This document shows, in pieces, positions 19,178 to 27,960 of a DNA stretch of 64,000 nt. This DNA comes from a virus. Location of the stretch: the IMG/VR virus record IMGVR_UViG_3300031452_000003, positions 866 through 64,865 of that record, one strand, 5' to 3'. Position numbers and translations under genes: made by a program. The notes below the pieces were generated by a model. It saw only the letters and a list, made by a program, of their open reading frames with translations. It was not told where the DNA came from and did no database searches. Within the stretch, counting starts at the first letter, position 1, and the number at the start of each line of letters is the position of its first letter.

Positions 19178-22100
19178 CTACCCGTACCATCCTACGGCGG
19201 GGGCACCGGGCGGATGGGCGGCCCCGCCCCGCATCACCTGGGCCGCCCCGTTCACCCCCTGCGTGTTCTGCGTGTGCGCCGCCGACTGGCCCGTGCTCTC
19301 GTTCATTTGCACGACGTTGACCGTGAACCCCTTCCCCATCAGGGACACCAGCGCGGCCAGCGTCGTGTTCAGCCCCCCCAGCACCTCGGGCATGACGCCC
19401 GCCCCCACCCCGCCCTTGTCGATGGAGTCTATCGTCTGACCCGTCCCGCCCACGACAGGCGCGTCCGGGCCGTCGGCGGACGGGAAGTCGCCCGCCCGCA
19501 TTCCGAACGCCATCTTGCCCACTTCAGAGGGCAACACCCCCATCGTCTCCGCGTCCCGGTAGGATTGCCTGTCCGTGTACCCGAACACCCGCGCGCTCAT
19601 CTGACCCAGCCCCCGCTTCTCGGCGATGGACGCCACGCGGTCGGCGGGCGGCATCAGCCGAGACGCGAACGACGGGGCAGACACGCTCATCGCCGTCAGC
19701 CGGTCCACCCAGCCCACGTCCACGCTCTGCTGCCGCTCGAAGATGTCGTTGCGCGTCTCCTCCTGCTGGCCCGTCAGGTTCCGGCGGATGACCGACTTCT
19801 GCTCCCCGGTCAGGTCCTGCCGCGCCATCACCGCCCGCATCTGCGCGTCAATCTGCTTCAGCTTCTCCCCGTCCATCTTGGCGAGCGCGGCGTTCGACTG
19901 CAAGACGCTCCCCGGCTCGAACGGCGACCGCTCCTGCCGCGACAGCCGCGCCTCCGCCCGAATCCGCTTCGTGTCGAAGTCGGGGGCCATCTCCACCCGG
20001 CTGAACGCCTCGATGCCCTGCTGCTCGGCGGAGTTCTTCGCGCGCTGGTAGTCCGCGTCGTAGAGCGCCCGCTGGTCGGGCGAGAGGGCCGTGTCCCGCC
20101 GGTATTTGGCGAGCGCCACGCCCGAGAGGGCTTCGTCGTAGCCCCGCCCCGCCTCCGCCCGCGTCTCGTCGCCCGTCCCCCTGAGCCGGACACCCCGCTC
20201 CTCCCGCGAGTAGGCCGACGACGAGCGGGCCTCCGCCCGGCCCTGGAATCCCGTGATGGCCGTGTCGAGCGCCTGCCGCTGGGCGACGACCGTCTGGGCT
20301 TCGAGGTCCTTTATCTGCGAGGTGAGCTGCATCCGCTGCTGGTACGTCAGGTTCCCCGCCGCGAGCCGGGTGTTCAGCTCGCCGTGCAGGCGGAGCTGTT
20401 CGCCGACGAGCGCGTTCTGGGCGGTCAGCGTGGAGGCGATGTCGCCGGACACCTCGCCGCGCGCCACGCCCACGCGCAGCCCCGCCTGCCGCGCCCCGCT
20501 GCCCTGCACGGCGTCCTGGATGCGGTCCACGGCTTGCCGGTTCTTTATCTCCTTGATTTCGAGCGCCTCGCGGGCCGCCGCCGTCCGCCGCTGCTCCCGC
20601 TCCTCCGGGGAGAGGAAGTTCGACTTGTCGTTCGCCAGGGACAGGTCGTACTTCGCCTGGGCCGCGAGGCGGGCCTGCTGGGCGGCCAGGTTCGCGGCGA
20701 CGGCGGGGTCGTAGGAGTTTAGGCCGCCGAGCGTCAGGGCCTGGCCCTGCGTCTGGGTGCGGGAAAGTCCCCCCTCGAAGGCTGCCTGGTGTTCCGACTG
20801 GCCCTGACGCCACAGGCCGACCTGGGCCTCTTTGAGCTGGGCGTTGTTCTGGGCGAGTTCCAGCCGGACGTGGGCGAGGTCGGCGCGGTACATCCCCTTG
20901 TCGTCGGGGCTGGCTGCGTCCACCGCCTTGACGTACTGCGCCTCGGCGGCCTGGAGCTGCGTCCCCCGCTCGGTGAGCGACGACACCTGCTGCTCAACGA
21001 ACGGCCTCATGCCCGCCGCGCCCCGGCCCGTCGCCTGGGCGAGCGAAACGCCCACGCCCGCGCGGGCGGCGTCGTAGCCCGCCGGCTCCGTGGCCTCCAT
21101 CGCGTCCCGGAGTCCTCGTGCGAGCGAGTCGGTGAGGTCCTTGGCCGAGCCGGACGCTACTTTGTCCTGGCCCGTGTCCACGAGCTTCTTGATGTCGGCG
21201 TCGTTCTCCCGGCGCTGGTTCCAGGCGGCGGTGTGGGGGATTTTCTCCGCGATGTGGTGCATCCAGCCGGAGAAGCCGCCCTCGTTCTCCATCTCGCCCT
21301 TCCACGCCTGCGCCTTCTGCATTGCGGGCGTGTAGTCGAACTGGCCGTTCGCAATCAGGAGCTTGTGCGCCGTGTCCAGGTCGCCGTGCAGGGCGTAGTA
21401 GTTGGCGGCATCGGCGTAGGATTTCTTGTCGGGGGGCCGGTTGCCGGCTATCATGTCCTGGAAGGAGTCGGACATGGGTATCTGCTGGGCCGCCTTCGCC
21501 TGGGCTGCGACGAGTTCCGGGTACAGGTCGCCCGCGCCCCGCTGAAGGGTGGCCTGTAGCCCCGCCGCCTTGACGGGGTTGAAGCCGACGACGGAGGACG
21601 AGAGGGAGCGGAGGGACTGGGCAAGCTCCGCCGCCGGGGTGCCCATGCGCCCCGCCGTCTTCTCGATGGCGTCGGCAAACTGACCCGCCGCCTTCGTACC
21701 CAGGCCCATCACCTGCGAGAAACCCTCGCCCGCCAGCCGCAAATCCTCGTGCTTCTCGGAGAGCGCGGAGAGGGGCGCGACGACGGCAGAGGCGACGCCC
21801 CCCGCGATGGCCGCCCCGGCGAACGGCCCCGCCGGGGTGAACGCGCCCACGACGCCGCCGACCAGGCCCGCCGCCCCCGGTATCAGGCCGAGGCCGGAGC
21901 GGTAGCGGGCCTCCGCCGTGTAGCGGTCGCCGGTCAAGGGCTGGGACAGGTATTCGCCCCCCTCGTGCCCCAAGTTCAGGGCGGCGAAGCCGAGCGCCTC
22001 CGCCCCCCCGCTGGACAGGTGCCCCTTGAAGTTCGCACGGAGACGCCCCACGCCCGTCGCCGTCGCCCGCTCGTACTCCTGTTTGAGCTGCGGGTTCTCG

Positions 22101-22666
22101 CCGGGCATGACCGTCTCGCCCTCTTGGAGCGTCTTCCGCTTCTGGGCGAAGTCGTCCATCGAGACCTTGACGCCGGTTTTGAGCTGTTCCGAGACCCACT
22201 TCCGCAAATCCTTGTGGATGTCTTTGGAGGGGACGGTCTGGAGGTTGCCGACGAACCGCTTGAAGTCTTCCTGCGCCTGGGGGTCGCTGCCGGTGAAGGC
22301 AGCGGCTTTGAGGCTGTCGTACTGGGCGGCGGTGGCCGCCTTCATGTGCGGGGCCTGGGCGGCGAGGTGGTCCATCAGCCCTTGCAGCGACGCCTGCGTC
22401 TTCTGCTGGACCTGGGCGGGGGACTCGCGGTTTTTGAGGTCTTCGACCGCCAGGGCGAGCGTGCCGGGGGTGCCCGCCCCGCCCTTGATGGCCGCGTAGG
22501 ACTGGCCCTGCGCCGCCGTCATCTTCCCCAGCGATTCGAGCTTCTTCAGTTCCGCCGAGATGTCGTCAACGGCCTTCTTGGCGGCCTCGTACTCGGGCAG
22601 GATGGTGGAGTCCACCTGCCGCTGCAAGGCTGTGATTTTCTTCACGAGGTCGTCGCTGATTGCCAT
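19178..22666 (-). CDS. Tape measure protein
   Basis: About 1160 aa, Ala/Gln-rich and helical, with a Gly/Ala-rich hydrophobic segment. Downstream of the tail chaperone. Confidence 0.85.
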   Translation of the reverse strand: MAISDDLVKKITALQRQVDSTILPEYEAAKKAVDDISAELKKLESLGKMTAAQGQSYAAIKGGAGTPGTLALAVEDLKNRESPAQVQQKTQASLQGLMDHLAAQAPHMKAATAAQYDSLKAAAFTGSDPQAQEDFKRFVGNLQTVPSKDIHKDLRKWVSEQLKTGVKVSMDDFAQKRKTLQEGETVMPGENPQLKQEYERATATGVGRLRANFKGHLSSGGAEALGFAALNLGHEGGEYLSQPLTGDRYTAEARYRSGLGLIPGAAGLVGGVVGAFTPAGPFAGAAIAGGVASAVVAPLSALSEKHEDLRLAGEGFSQVMGLGTKAAGQFADAIEKTAGRMGTPAAELAQSLRSLSSSVVGFNPVKAAGLQATLQRGAGDLYPELVAAQAKAAQQIPMSDSFQDMIAGNRPPDKKSYADAANYYALHGDLDTAHKLLIANGQFDYTPAMQKAQAWKGEMENEGGFSGWMHHIAEKIPHTAAWNQRRENDADIKKLVDTGQDKVASGSAKDLTDSLARGLRDAMEATEPAGYDAARAGVGVSLAQATGRGAAGMRPFVEQQVSSLTERGTQLQAAEAQYVKAVDAASPDDKGMYRADLAHVRLELAQNNAQLKEAQVGLWRQGQSEHQAAFEGGLSRTQTQGQALTLGGLNSYDPAVAANLAAQQARLAAQAKYDLSLANDKSNFLSPEEREQRRTAAAREALEIKEIKNRQAVDRIQDAVQGSGARQAGLRVGVARGEVSGDIASTLTAQNALVGEQLRLHGELNTRLAAGNLTYQQRMQLTSQIKDLEAQTVVAQRQALDTAITGFQGRAEARSSSAYSREERGVRLRGTGDETRAEAGRGYDEALSGVALAKYRRDTALSPDQRALYDADYQRAKNSAEQQGIEAFSRVEMAPDFDTKRIRAEARLSRQERSPFEPGSVLQSNAALAKMDGEKLKQIDAQMRAVMARQDLTGEQKSVIRRNLTGQQEETRNDIFERQQSVDVGWVDRLTAMSVSAPSFASRLMPPADRVASIAEKRGLGQMSARVFGYTDRQSYRDAETMGVLPSEVGKMAFGMRAGDFPSADGPDAPVVGGTGQTIDSIDKGGVGAGVMPEVLGGLNTTLAALVSLMGKGFTVNVVQMNESTGQSAAHTQNTQGVNGAAQVMRGGAAHPPGAPAVGWYG

Positions 22667-22682
22667 GAAAACACCCCGCCTC

Positions 22683-22714
22683 ATAGTGTGCGGGGCGGGG
22701 GGCGTGACGCAAGA
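22683..22714 (-). promoter_or_regulatory. Late-type promoter, copy 3 (tape measure)
   Basis: TCTTGCGTCAC-N15-CACTAT. Confidence 0.7.
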
Positions 22715-22772
22715 AAAGGGCGCTGCATCGTGCAGCGCCCTTTGACAAGACCAAGGGTTTAGGGCCGAGGGT

Positions 22773-23501
22773 TTAGGGTTCGGCGGGCCGTTCCGCGTGT
22801 GTTGTCAGGACGCGCAGGTTTTCCAGACCGAATCCCTGATAGTCCTTCTTGATATAGGAAACGTCAACAGCATGGGGGCCGCGAATGTAGAAGTGCTCCA
22901 TGCCCGCCTTTGTGGCCGGGTCGTCCAGCAGCCCATTCCAGAGTTTGAGCGCTTGGTATAAGTAGACGTTGCAGTTGTCCAGCCCGGCGCGGGCCTGGAT
23001 GGCCGCCGCCCCTGCCTTGTCGAGCAGCTCGACTGCGACCTCTTCCGCCGCTGGCGAGCCGGGCATCGCGGCAATCGCCCCGTTCCGCCAGTAGCCGACG
23101 GTCTGGACTTCCTTCGCCTGCTTCTTATAGCCCCTCGCCAGTTCTGCATTCGCGTCAAAGGCGTCTGCCGCGTCCTGGGCCTCACCGATTTTGTTGTTGT
23201 AGTCCATCACCCTCGCTTTCAGGTCTGCCGAGGGCGCATCTGGGACAATGGTGACAGGAGTAGGAACGACGGGGATGGAGACGGAAGTGGGCGGAGCCGC
23301 TGTGGCAATCACTGGCGGCGCGGCCAGCAGGGTGGAGGGCAGAACGACAGCCACCGCAGGCTTGTTTGCAGACTTATTCGCAAGCTTCTTCGCCTGCCGC
23401 AACGCCCGGTGGTGCTTGTCGGCATGGCGGCGGGCAGCCTCCGCGCTAGGGCAGAGCGCGACGGAGCAGATAAGAGCAATGACAATGATGAATCGGTACA
23501 A
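22773..23501 (-). CDS. Secreted or periplasmic hypothetical protein
   Basis: AGGAGG RBS, TTG start, signal-peptide-like MYRFIIVIALICSVALCPSAEA. Confidence 0.65.
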   Translation of the reverse strand: MYRFIIVIALICSVALCPSAEAARRHADKHHRALRQAKKLANKSANKPAVAVVLPSTLLAAPPVIATAAPPTSVSIPVVPTPVTIVPDAPSADLKARVMDYNNKIGEAQDAADAFDANAELARGYKKQAKEVQTVGYWRNGAIAAMPGSPAAEEVAVELLDKAGAAAIQARAGLDNCNVYLYQALKLWNGLLDDPATKAGMEHFYIRGPHAVDVSYIKKDYQGFGLENLRVLTTHAERPAEP

Positions 23502-23553
23502 AGGTATGGTTCCTCCTTTTTGCTCCGGCTTTTTGATTGAGAAACCGCCCGCG

Positions 23554-23703
23554 TCAGTTCGCACGGGGGGCATTGACGACGGAGGCGTCCAGGAGCACCC
23601 ACGCCATCGTCAGGAGGACGAGAACCCCGAGTCCACAGATGAGGGCGAACGCCCACGACCAAGCGCGGTCGCTGAAGGGGCTGGGTGTCTGCGCCATGTC
23701 CAT
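23554..23703 (-). CDS. Small single-pass membrane protein
   Basis: WSWAFALICGLGVLVLLTMAWVLL. Confidence 0.5.
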   Translation of the reverse strand: MDMAQTPSPFSDRAWSWAFALICGLGVLVLLTMAWVLLDASVVNAPRAN

Positions 23704-23812
23704 ACTTCTTTCCTGTTCACTTCCTCTGACACGAGTATACCAAGCAATTTCCGCGCTGAATAGCGAACATAGAGCAAACATATGGGGATTGTTCCAATCT
23801 AACTCCCATAGT

Positions 23813-24040
23813 TCACTCCTCACGGGCCTTCCGGCTTTTAGAGCGCAACGGTCTTCCGGTCCGCTTCTCTCCCATTGGTTGCGTCCGCGTCTTGTAGGCT
23901 TCCAAGTCAGACCGGGCTATCAGCCGTTTCCCATATTTGACCGTGCAGGGCAACCTCCCCTCATAGATAGCAATCCTTACTGACCCCTGGCTAATTCCAA
24001 GTTCTCCTGCGGCTTCCCGAACCGTCAACAAGTCTTCCAT
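23813..24040 (-). CDS. Excisionase/MerR-like HTH protein
   Basis: LLTVREAAGELGISQGSVRIAIYEGRLP. Confidence 0.8.
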   Translation of the reverse strand: MEDLLTVREAAGELGISQGSVRIAIYEGRLPCTVKYGKRLIARSDLEAYKTRTQPMGEKRTGRPLRSKSRKAREE

Positions 24041-24256
24041 AAGCCCCTCCGTAGTTTCTGACACCATAGTACCAGGAAAGTTGCCTAAACGATGACTTTA
24101 TCCGAGTAAATAAAACGGTTTAAGATGTCGGAAAGTAGTTGAAACGATGGTTTTATGGGGTAAAGTGAATATGTAAACAGAGAAGCGACGCGGGAGAGAA
24201 ATCTGACCTTCCCTCCCGCGCCCGTCGTGACCAAGCCGCTTAGGAGGCGGCGAAGT

Positions 24257-24475
24257 ATGAACATTCTACCCCAAGCGGCCCCCGAAAGGGCTGCCGCGCT
24301 CCCGCCCTGCGCCGAAACCGACACTCCCCCCGGAACCTGCCCCAACTGCGGCTGCTCCATTGCCTACGTCAACCTGTACGTGGGCGGTAGAGGCTACAAG
24401 ACCTATCGGCTCTGCCAGGGCGACGCAGGCACCGGCTACCTCGGCTGCGGCTTTATGTGCCGGGAGGGGAGCTGA
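24257..24475 (+). CDS. Zn-ribbon protein, paralog of 61180..61449
   Basis: GTCPNCG...YVGGRGY...C...C versus GVCPQCG...YVGGKGY...C...C. Confidence 0.7.
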   Translation: MNILPQAAPERAAALPPCAETDTPPGTCPNCGCSIAYVNLYVGGRGYKTYRLCQGDAGTGYLGCGFMCREGS

Positions 24476-24774
24476 TGCCCACCTCCAAAAATACTCCCCC
24501 CGAGGACACCCAGCCGGAGCCTTTGCCCCTCCCCGTCCCCGGCAGCATCATCGCAAATGTCGGCTTCATGGAGGCAGTCGCCGCCTTATCGGAAGCCGAG
24601 ACGTATCTGGCCGCGTTCGGCCCGTGCGACCCCGCCTACCGGCCTCTGGAATGCCGGAGGGACGAGGCCGTCGCGGAACTGGCGGCGATGGTGGACCACT
24701 ACATCTGGCGGCGCGTGTCGGCGGCGCTGGGGGCCACCGAGCGGATGCGGACCGAGAAGGAGGTTTCACTATGA
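24475..24774 (+). CDS. Hypothetical protein
   Basis: ATG overlaps the upstream TGA. Coupled operon. Confidence 0.6.
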   Translation: MPTSKNTPPEDTQPEPLPLPVPGSIIANVGFMEAVAALSEAETYLAAFGPCDPAYRPLECRRDEAVAELAAMVDHYIWRRVSAALGATERMRTEKEVSL

Positions 24775-25025
24775 CCCGACTCCGCGCCTGCACAGGCGGC
24801 TCCCCGAACGACTTTATCGGCGTTAATTATTGGGACGGGCCGCACTGCCGGGGAAGGCGGCAGGTGCTCCTGTTCCGCTTCCGCGAGGATTGGGGCGCGT
24901 GGCGGGCGATGGCCTGCGCGGACGGCCACGGGAACAAGAAGGCGCTGCGGGGAAGCGCCTTCTCCCAGGGCGGGCGGGGCGACTGGAAGAGGCGGCGAGC
25001 CGAGAAGGAGGTCGGGAATGTCTGA
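24771..25025 (+). CDS. Hypothetical protein
   Basis: ATGA overlap and GGAGG RBS. Confidence 0.55.
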   Translation: MTRLRACTGGSPNDFIGVNYWDGPHCRGRRQVLLFRFREDWGAWRAMACADGHGNKKALRGSAFSQGGRGDWKRRRAEKEVGNV

Positions 25026-25700
25026 AAGGAAGTCGAGAATGTCTGAGAAGTCTATTCGAGTGCCAATGAGCGTCCTTGCCCGCAAGGACTTGTCGTCCAC
25101 CGCCAAACTGCTCTACGGGCTGGTGCTGGCCCTATCCGAGGAAACGGGCTGCTGCTGGGAGACGAACGCCTATCTGGGCGAGTGCTTGGGGTCTGAGCCG
25201 ACGTATATGTCAGCCCTCATTGGCACTCTCGAACGGGGCGGCTTGATTAGAAGGGAGGTTTACAAGTGGGGGGCCGAGCGCCGACTGTATCCTCTCCCCC
25301 CAACCCCGGCGGGGCGGGAGTAGGGGGCGCAGAAATTGCGCCTGTAGGGGGCGCAGCGGTTGCGCCCCCTCAGAAATTGAGGGGGCGCAACCGCTGCGCC
25401 CACAACAAACAAATACAATACAGACCCCCCTAACCCCCAAAGGGGGTGTGGTGGGGGGGAAGTCATTCATCCCGAGGAAAGCAAGGAAGGCGCGGTAGCG
25501 CCTGTCAGAAGTCCTTGCCGTCCAGAGCAAAGACTTTAGCGAAGACCTGAGCAGGGACCGGAGCCGGGGAAAGCCGGGGCGGGCGTGTGACCACGCCCCC
25601 GCCGGGTTCACGGCGTTCTGGGAGGTCTACCCCCGCCGAGTCGCCCGCCTCGCCGCTGTCCGCGCCTGGAACGCCCTGCGCCCCGGACGCCCCTGCGTTA
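25018..25700 (+). pseudogene. Broken phage replication initiator: winged-HTH ORF 25018..25323, iteron/hairpin, and an out-of-frame C-terminal domain
   Basis: KDLSSTAKLLYGLVLALSEETGCCWETNAYLGECLG is an initiator-type wHTH. GFTAFWEVYPRRVARLAAVRAWN follows in another frame after stops. Confidence 0.75.
25349..25401. repeat. Perfect 24-bp inverted repeat with 5-nt loop
   Basis: GGGCGCAGCGGTTGCGCCCCCTCA-GAAAT-TGAGGGGGCGCAACCGCTGCGCCC. Confidence 0.95.
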
Positions 25701-26047
25701 AATGCCCCGCACAGGGGCCGCAAACGGCCTTCTCTCACCCATTCCCGCGCGAGGGCCATAGGCGGCCTGTGCGGGGCGTCTAGGGGCCTTTACGGGGCTT
25801 CGTAGGCCGGGCGATGAAATCGGTTCGCAGTGCGGGGGCTGAAACGGCGGGTGTTCGCTGCCCCGCCCCGCTTTTGTAAACCCCGCGACGCCTCTATGCT
25901 TGTCCTACAACCACCCCGAATAAAGGTTGGCGTGGAGACAGCTTGGCGGCACGACTCCACGCCCTTCCCAGCCCCCGCAAAGGAACCAGAAAATGGCGAA
26001 ACTTAAAATGGCGAAACTTATGCCGCCTACTGCGTCGGCAGCAGGGC

Positions 26048-26300
26048 CTACTGCGCCGACAGTCGCGCGAGGAACGCCTCCTCCTGGTCGCGCTGCCGGT
26101 CGTTGCGCTCCCCCCGGATGCCCGACGCGACGGCCTCGACCGCCATCCACAGCAGGAGGGGCTGGTCGCGCAGTCCGCCCGCGCAAGGCAGGGCGTGGTG
26201 GTCGAGCCAGGCCGCCGCCTCCCGCCACGGCACGTAGGGCACCGTCTCCGGGCGCAGGCCCAGGCCGCCGCCGAGCCTGCGCCCGGCCCCTACAAAAAAG
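26048..26300 (-). CDS. Tail assembly chaperone -1 frameshift extension (GT form)
   Basis: The -1 frame stays open after T TTT TTG and encodes LPCAGGLRDQPLLLWMA. Confidence 0.7.
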
Positions 26301-26829
26301 CCCTCACGTCCTGGGTCAGCGTCACGCGGTCCACGACCGCCCGCATGACGTAGAGCGCCGCCGCCGTCCACAGCTCGGAAAACGACGCGAAACCGGGGTA
26401 GTCGGTTTTGAGCAGCGTCCGCGTCGCCAGTTCGCGCGCATACACGAGTTCGCTGCGGGGCAGGGACTTGACCGCCTCGGCCTCCGCCGCCTCGTGGTCG
26501 GCGACGGTCGCCACCCGGAAGCGGAACTCGTAGGTCACGTACTCGCCGCCCCGCTTCGCTTCGAGCTGCTGGAACAGGGCGACCTCCTGCTCTTCGGCGG
26601 CGGCCAGGCGCGCGAGGGCGTCCTCCCCCTGCTTCGGGTCGTCGGCGGCATAGGCGACGTAGGCGGCGTCGCGGCGCTCGGCGTAGCGGGCGCGCGTCTC
26701 GGTTTCGGTCTCGATGAGCAGCGAGCGGGCCGGGCCGCGCAGAAGGCGGACCGGGACGGCGAACTCGTCGGTGGTGACGGGCTGCGCGGTGTCGGGGACG
26801 CCGGGCGGCGTCGGGGGTTTGGCGGACAT
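26290..26829 (-). CDS. Tail assembly chaperone (G form)
   Basis: Follows the tail tube gene and ends at slippery GCT TTT TTG TAG. Confidence 0.75.
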   Translation of the reverse strand: MSAKPPTPPGVPDTAQPVTTDEFAVPVRLLRGPARSLLIETETETRARYAERRDAAYVAYAADDPKQGEDALARLAAAEEQEVALFQQLEAKRGGEYVTYEFRFRVATVADHEAAEAEAVKSLPRSELVYARELATRTLLKTDYPGFASFSELWTAAALYVMRAVVDRVTLTQDVRAFL

Positions 26830-26854
26830 GGTGTTCCCTCCTCATGGGTGGGGG

Positions 26855-26886
26855 ATTGTGGGCCGGGCGGGGTGCGTGACGCAAGA
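26855..26886 (-). promoter_or_regulatory. Late-type promoter, copy 4 (tail chaperone)
   Basis: TCTTGCGTCAC-N15-CACAAT. Confidence 0.75.
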
Positions 26887-26928
26887 AAAGGGAGACGCAA
26901 GATTAGGGATAAATCGCCTAGCGATGAC

Positions 26929-26957
26929 TTGACATCGCCGCGCGAGTTTGGTATAGT
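26929..26957 (+). promoter_or_regulatory. Sigma70 promoter nearly identical to 17553-17581
   Basis: TTGACA TCGCCGCGCGAGTTTGG TATAGT. Confidence 0.75.
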
Positions 26958-26978
26958 GTGTGTGCACAGTCGGTCCTC

Positions 26979-27019
26979 GCCCCCAAACTGGTGAATACAG
27001 TTTGGGGGCTTTTTCTTTT
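26979..27019 (+). terminator. Intrinsic terminator (plus strand)
   Basis: Perfect 12-bp stem GCCCCCAAACTG/CAGTTTGGGGGC followed by TTTTTCTTTT. Confidence 0.8.
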
Positions 27020-27034
27020 CGGGAGGCGGCCCAA

Positions 27035-27925
27035 CTACTGAACGGTGAGTCCGGGCGTAACCCCATCGACGCTCTGGCCGATGACGGTGAACGACTGAGA
27101 CGCGCGCCGGGGACGTTTCTCAAGGTTGTCGGGCTGGTTGATGCGTGGGTTCGGCAGCGTGAACGTGACGGGGACGCCGGGCGCACCCGAGACCGTGGGG
27201 GGCGTGATGGTGAAGACAATCGGGACGCCCATCTGGGGGTAAGTGCCCGCCGCGTCCACGACCAGCGTGAGCGTGAACCGCGGCTTGCCCGCGTTTATCT
27301 CAACGACCCCCGTGCCCGTTCCGTCGCCGCAAATGGGGGTGGGCTGGCAGGCGGTGTCGACGGACAGGGAGAGGTCCACGACGCCCGAGACGCCCGAGAT
27401 GACCACGAGGTTCGACCAGGAGGCGCGCTTGCCGGGGGGCGGCGTGACCGCCGCCCAGGGCACGGGCAGGTAGCCCGCCCCCATGATGCCGAGGTTCGCC
27501 CGGATGATGTCTCCCTGCCGCGTGGACACGGACAGCATCGCCCCTTTCGCCTTCGTGAGCTGAATCGCCCGGAAGCCGTCGGAGAACACCGGGTCGCCAG
27601 CTATCTGGTTCAGGTCGTCGTAGCCGCGCTCGCCGCGCGTCGGGTCGCGGTAGAGGAACAGGGAGTTCAGGTTGGCGGCGGTGAACCAGGACGCCATCAC
27701 GTCCACAGGCATCCGCACGGTCGGGTAGTACAGGCCGTCGTAATAAGAGTAGTCGTAGACGTTGTTGGCCGCGCCCGGCACGTCGAGGTACTTGTCCGGG
27801 AACTGGACGCCCGCGCCCTCCTGGATGGGGTAGACGAGCAGGTTGGTGTTCGCCGTATTCCCGGTGGTGAAGTAGCCCCGGTCCGAGCGGTACAGCCCGT
27901 AGATGTTGCCCGACGTGTCTGCCAT
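27035..27925 (-). CDS. Major tail tube protein
   Basis: About 296 aa, beta-rich, positioned before the chaperone and tape measure. Confidence 0.7.
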   Translation of the reverse strand: MADTSGNIYGLYRSDRGYFTTGNTANTNLLVYPIQEGAGVQFPDKYLDVPGAANNVYDYSYYDGLYYPTVRMPVDVMASWFTAANLNSLFLYRDPTRGERGYDDLNQIAGDPVFSDGFRAIQLTKAKGAMLSVSTRQGDIIRANLGIMGAGYLPVPWAAVTPPPGKRASWSNLVVISGVSGVVDLSLSVDTACQPTPICGDGTGTGVVEINAGKPRFTLTLVVDAAGTYPQMGVPIVFTITPPTVSGAPGVPVTFTLPNPRINQPDNLEKRPRRASQSFTVIGQSVDGVTPGLTVQ

Positions 27926-27960
27926 AAAATCAAGCAAGGGGACTGTTTGCTTTAGCTGAC

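Noticed and set aside
22742-22770. Fourth divergent sigma70 promoter (TTGACA at 22742)
   Set aside because: No -10 hexamer at 16-18 nt spacing.
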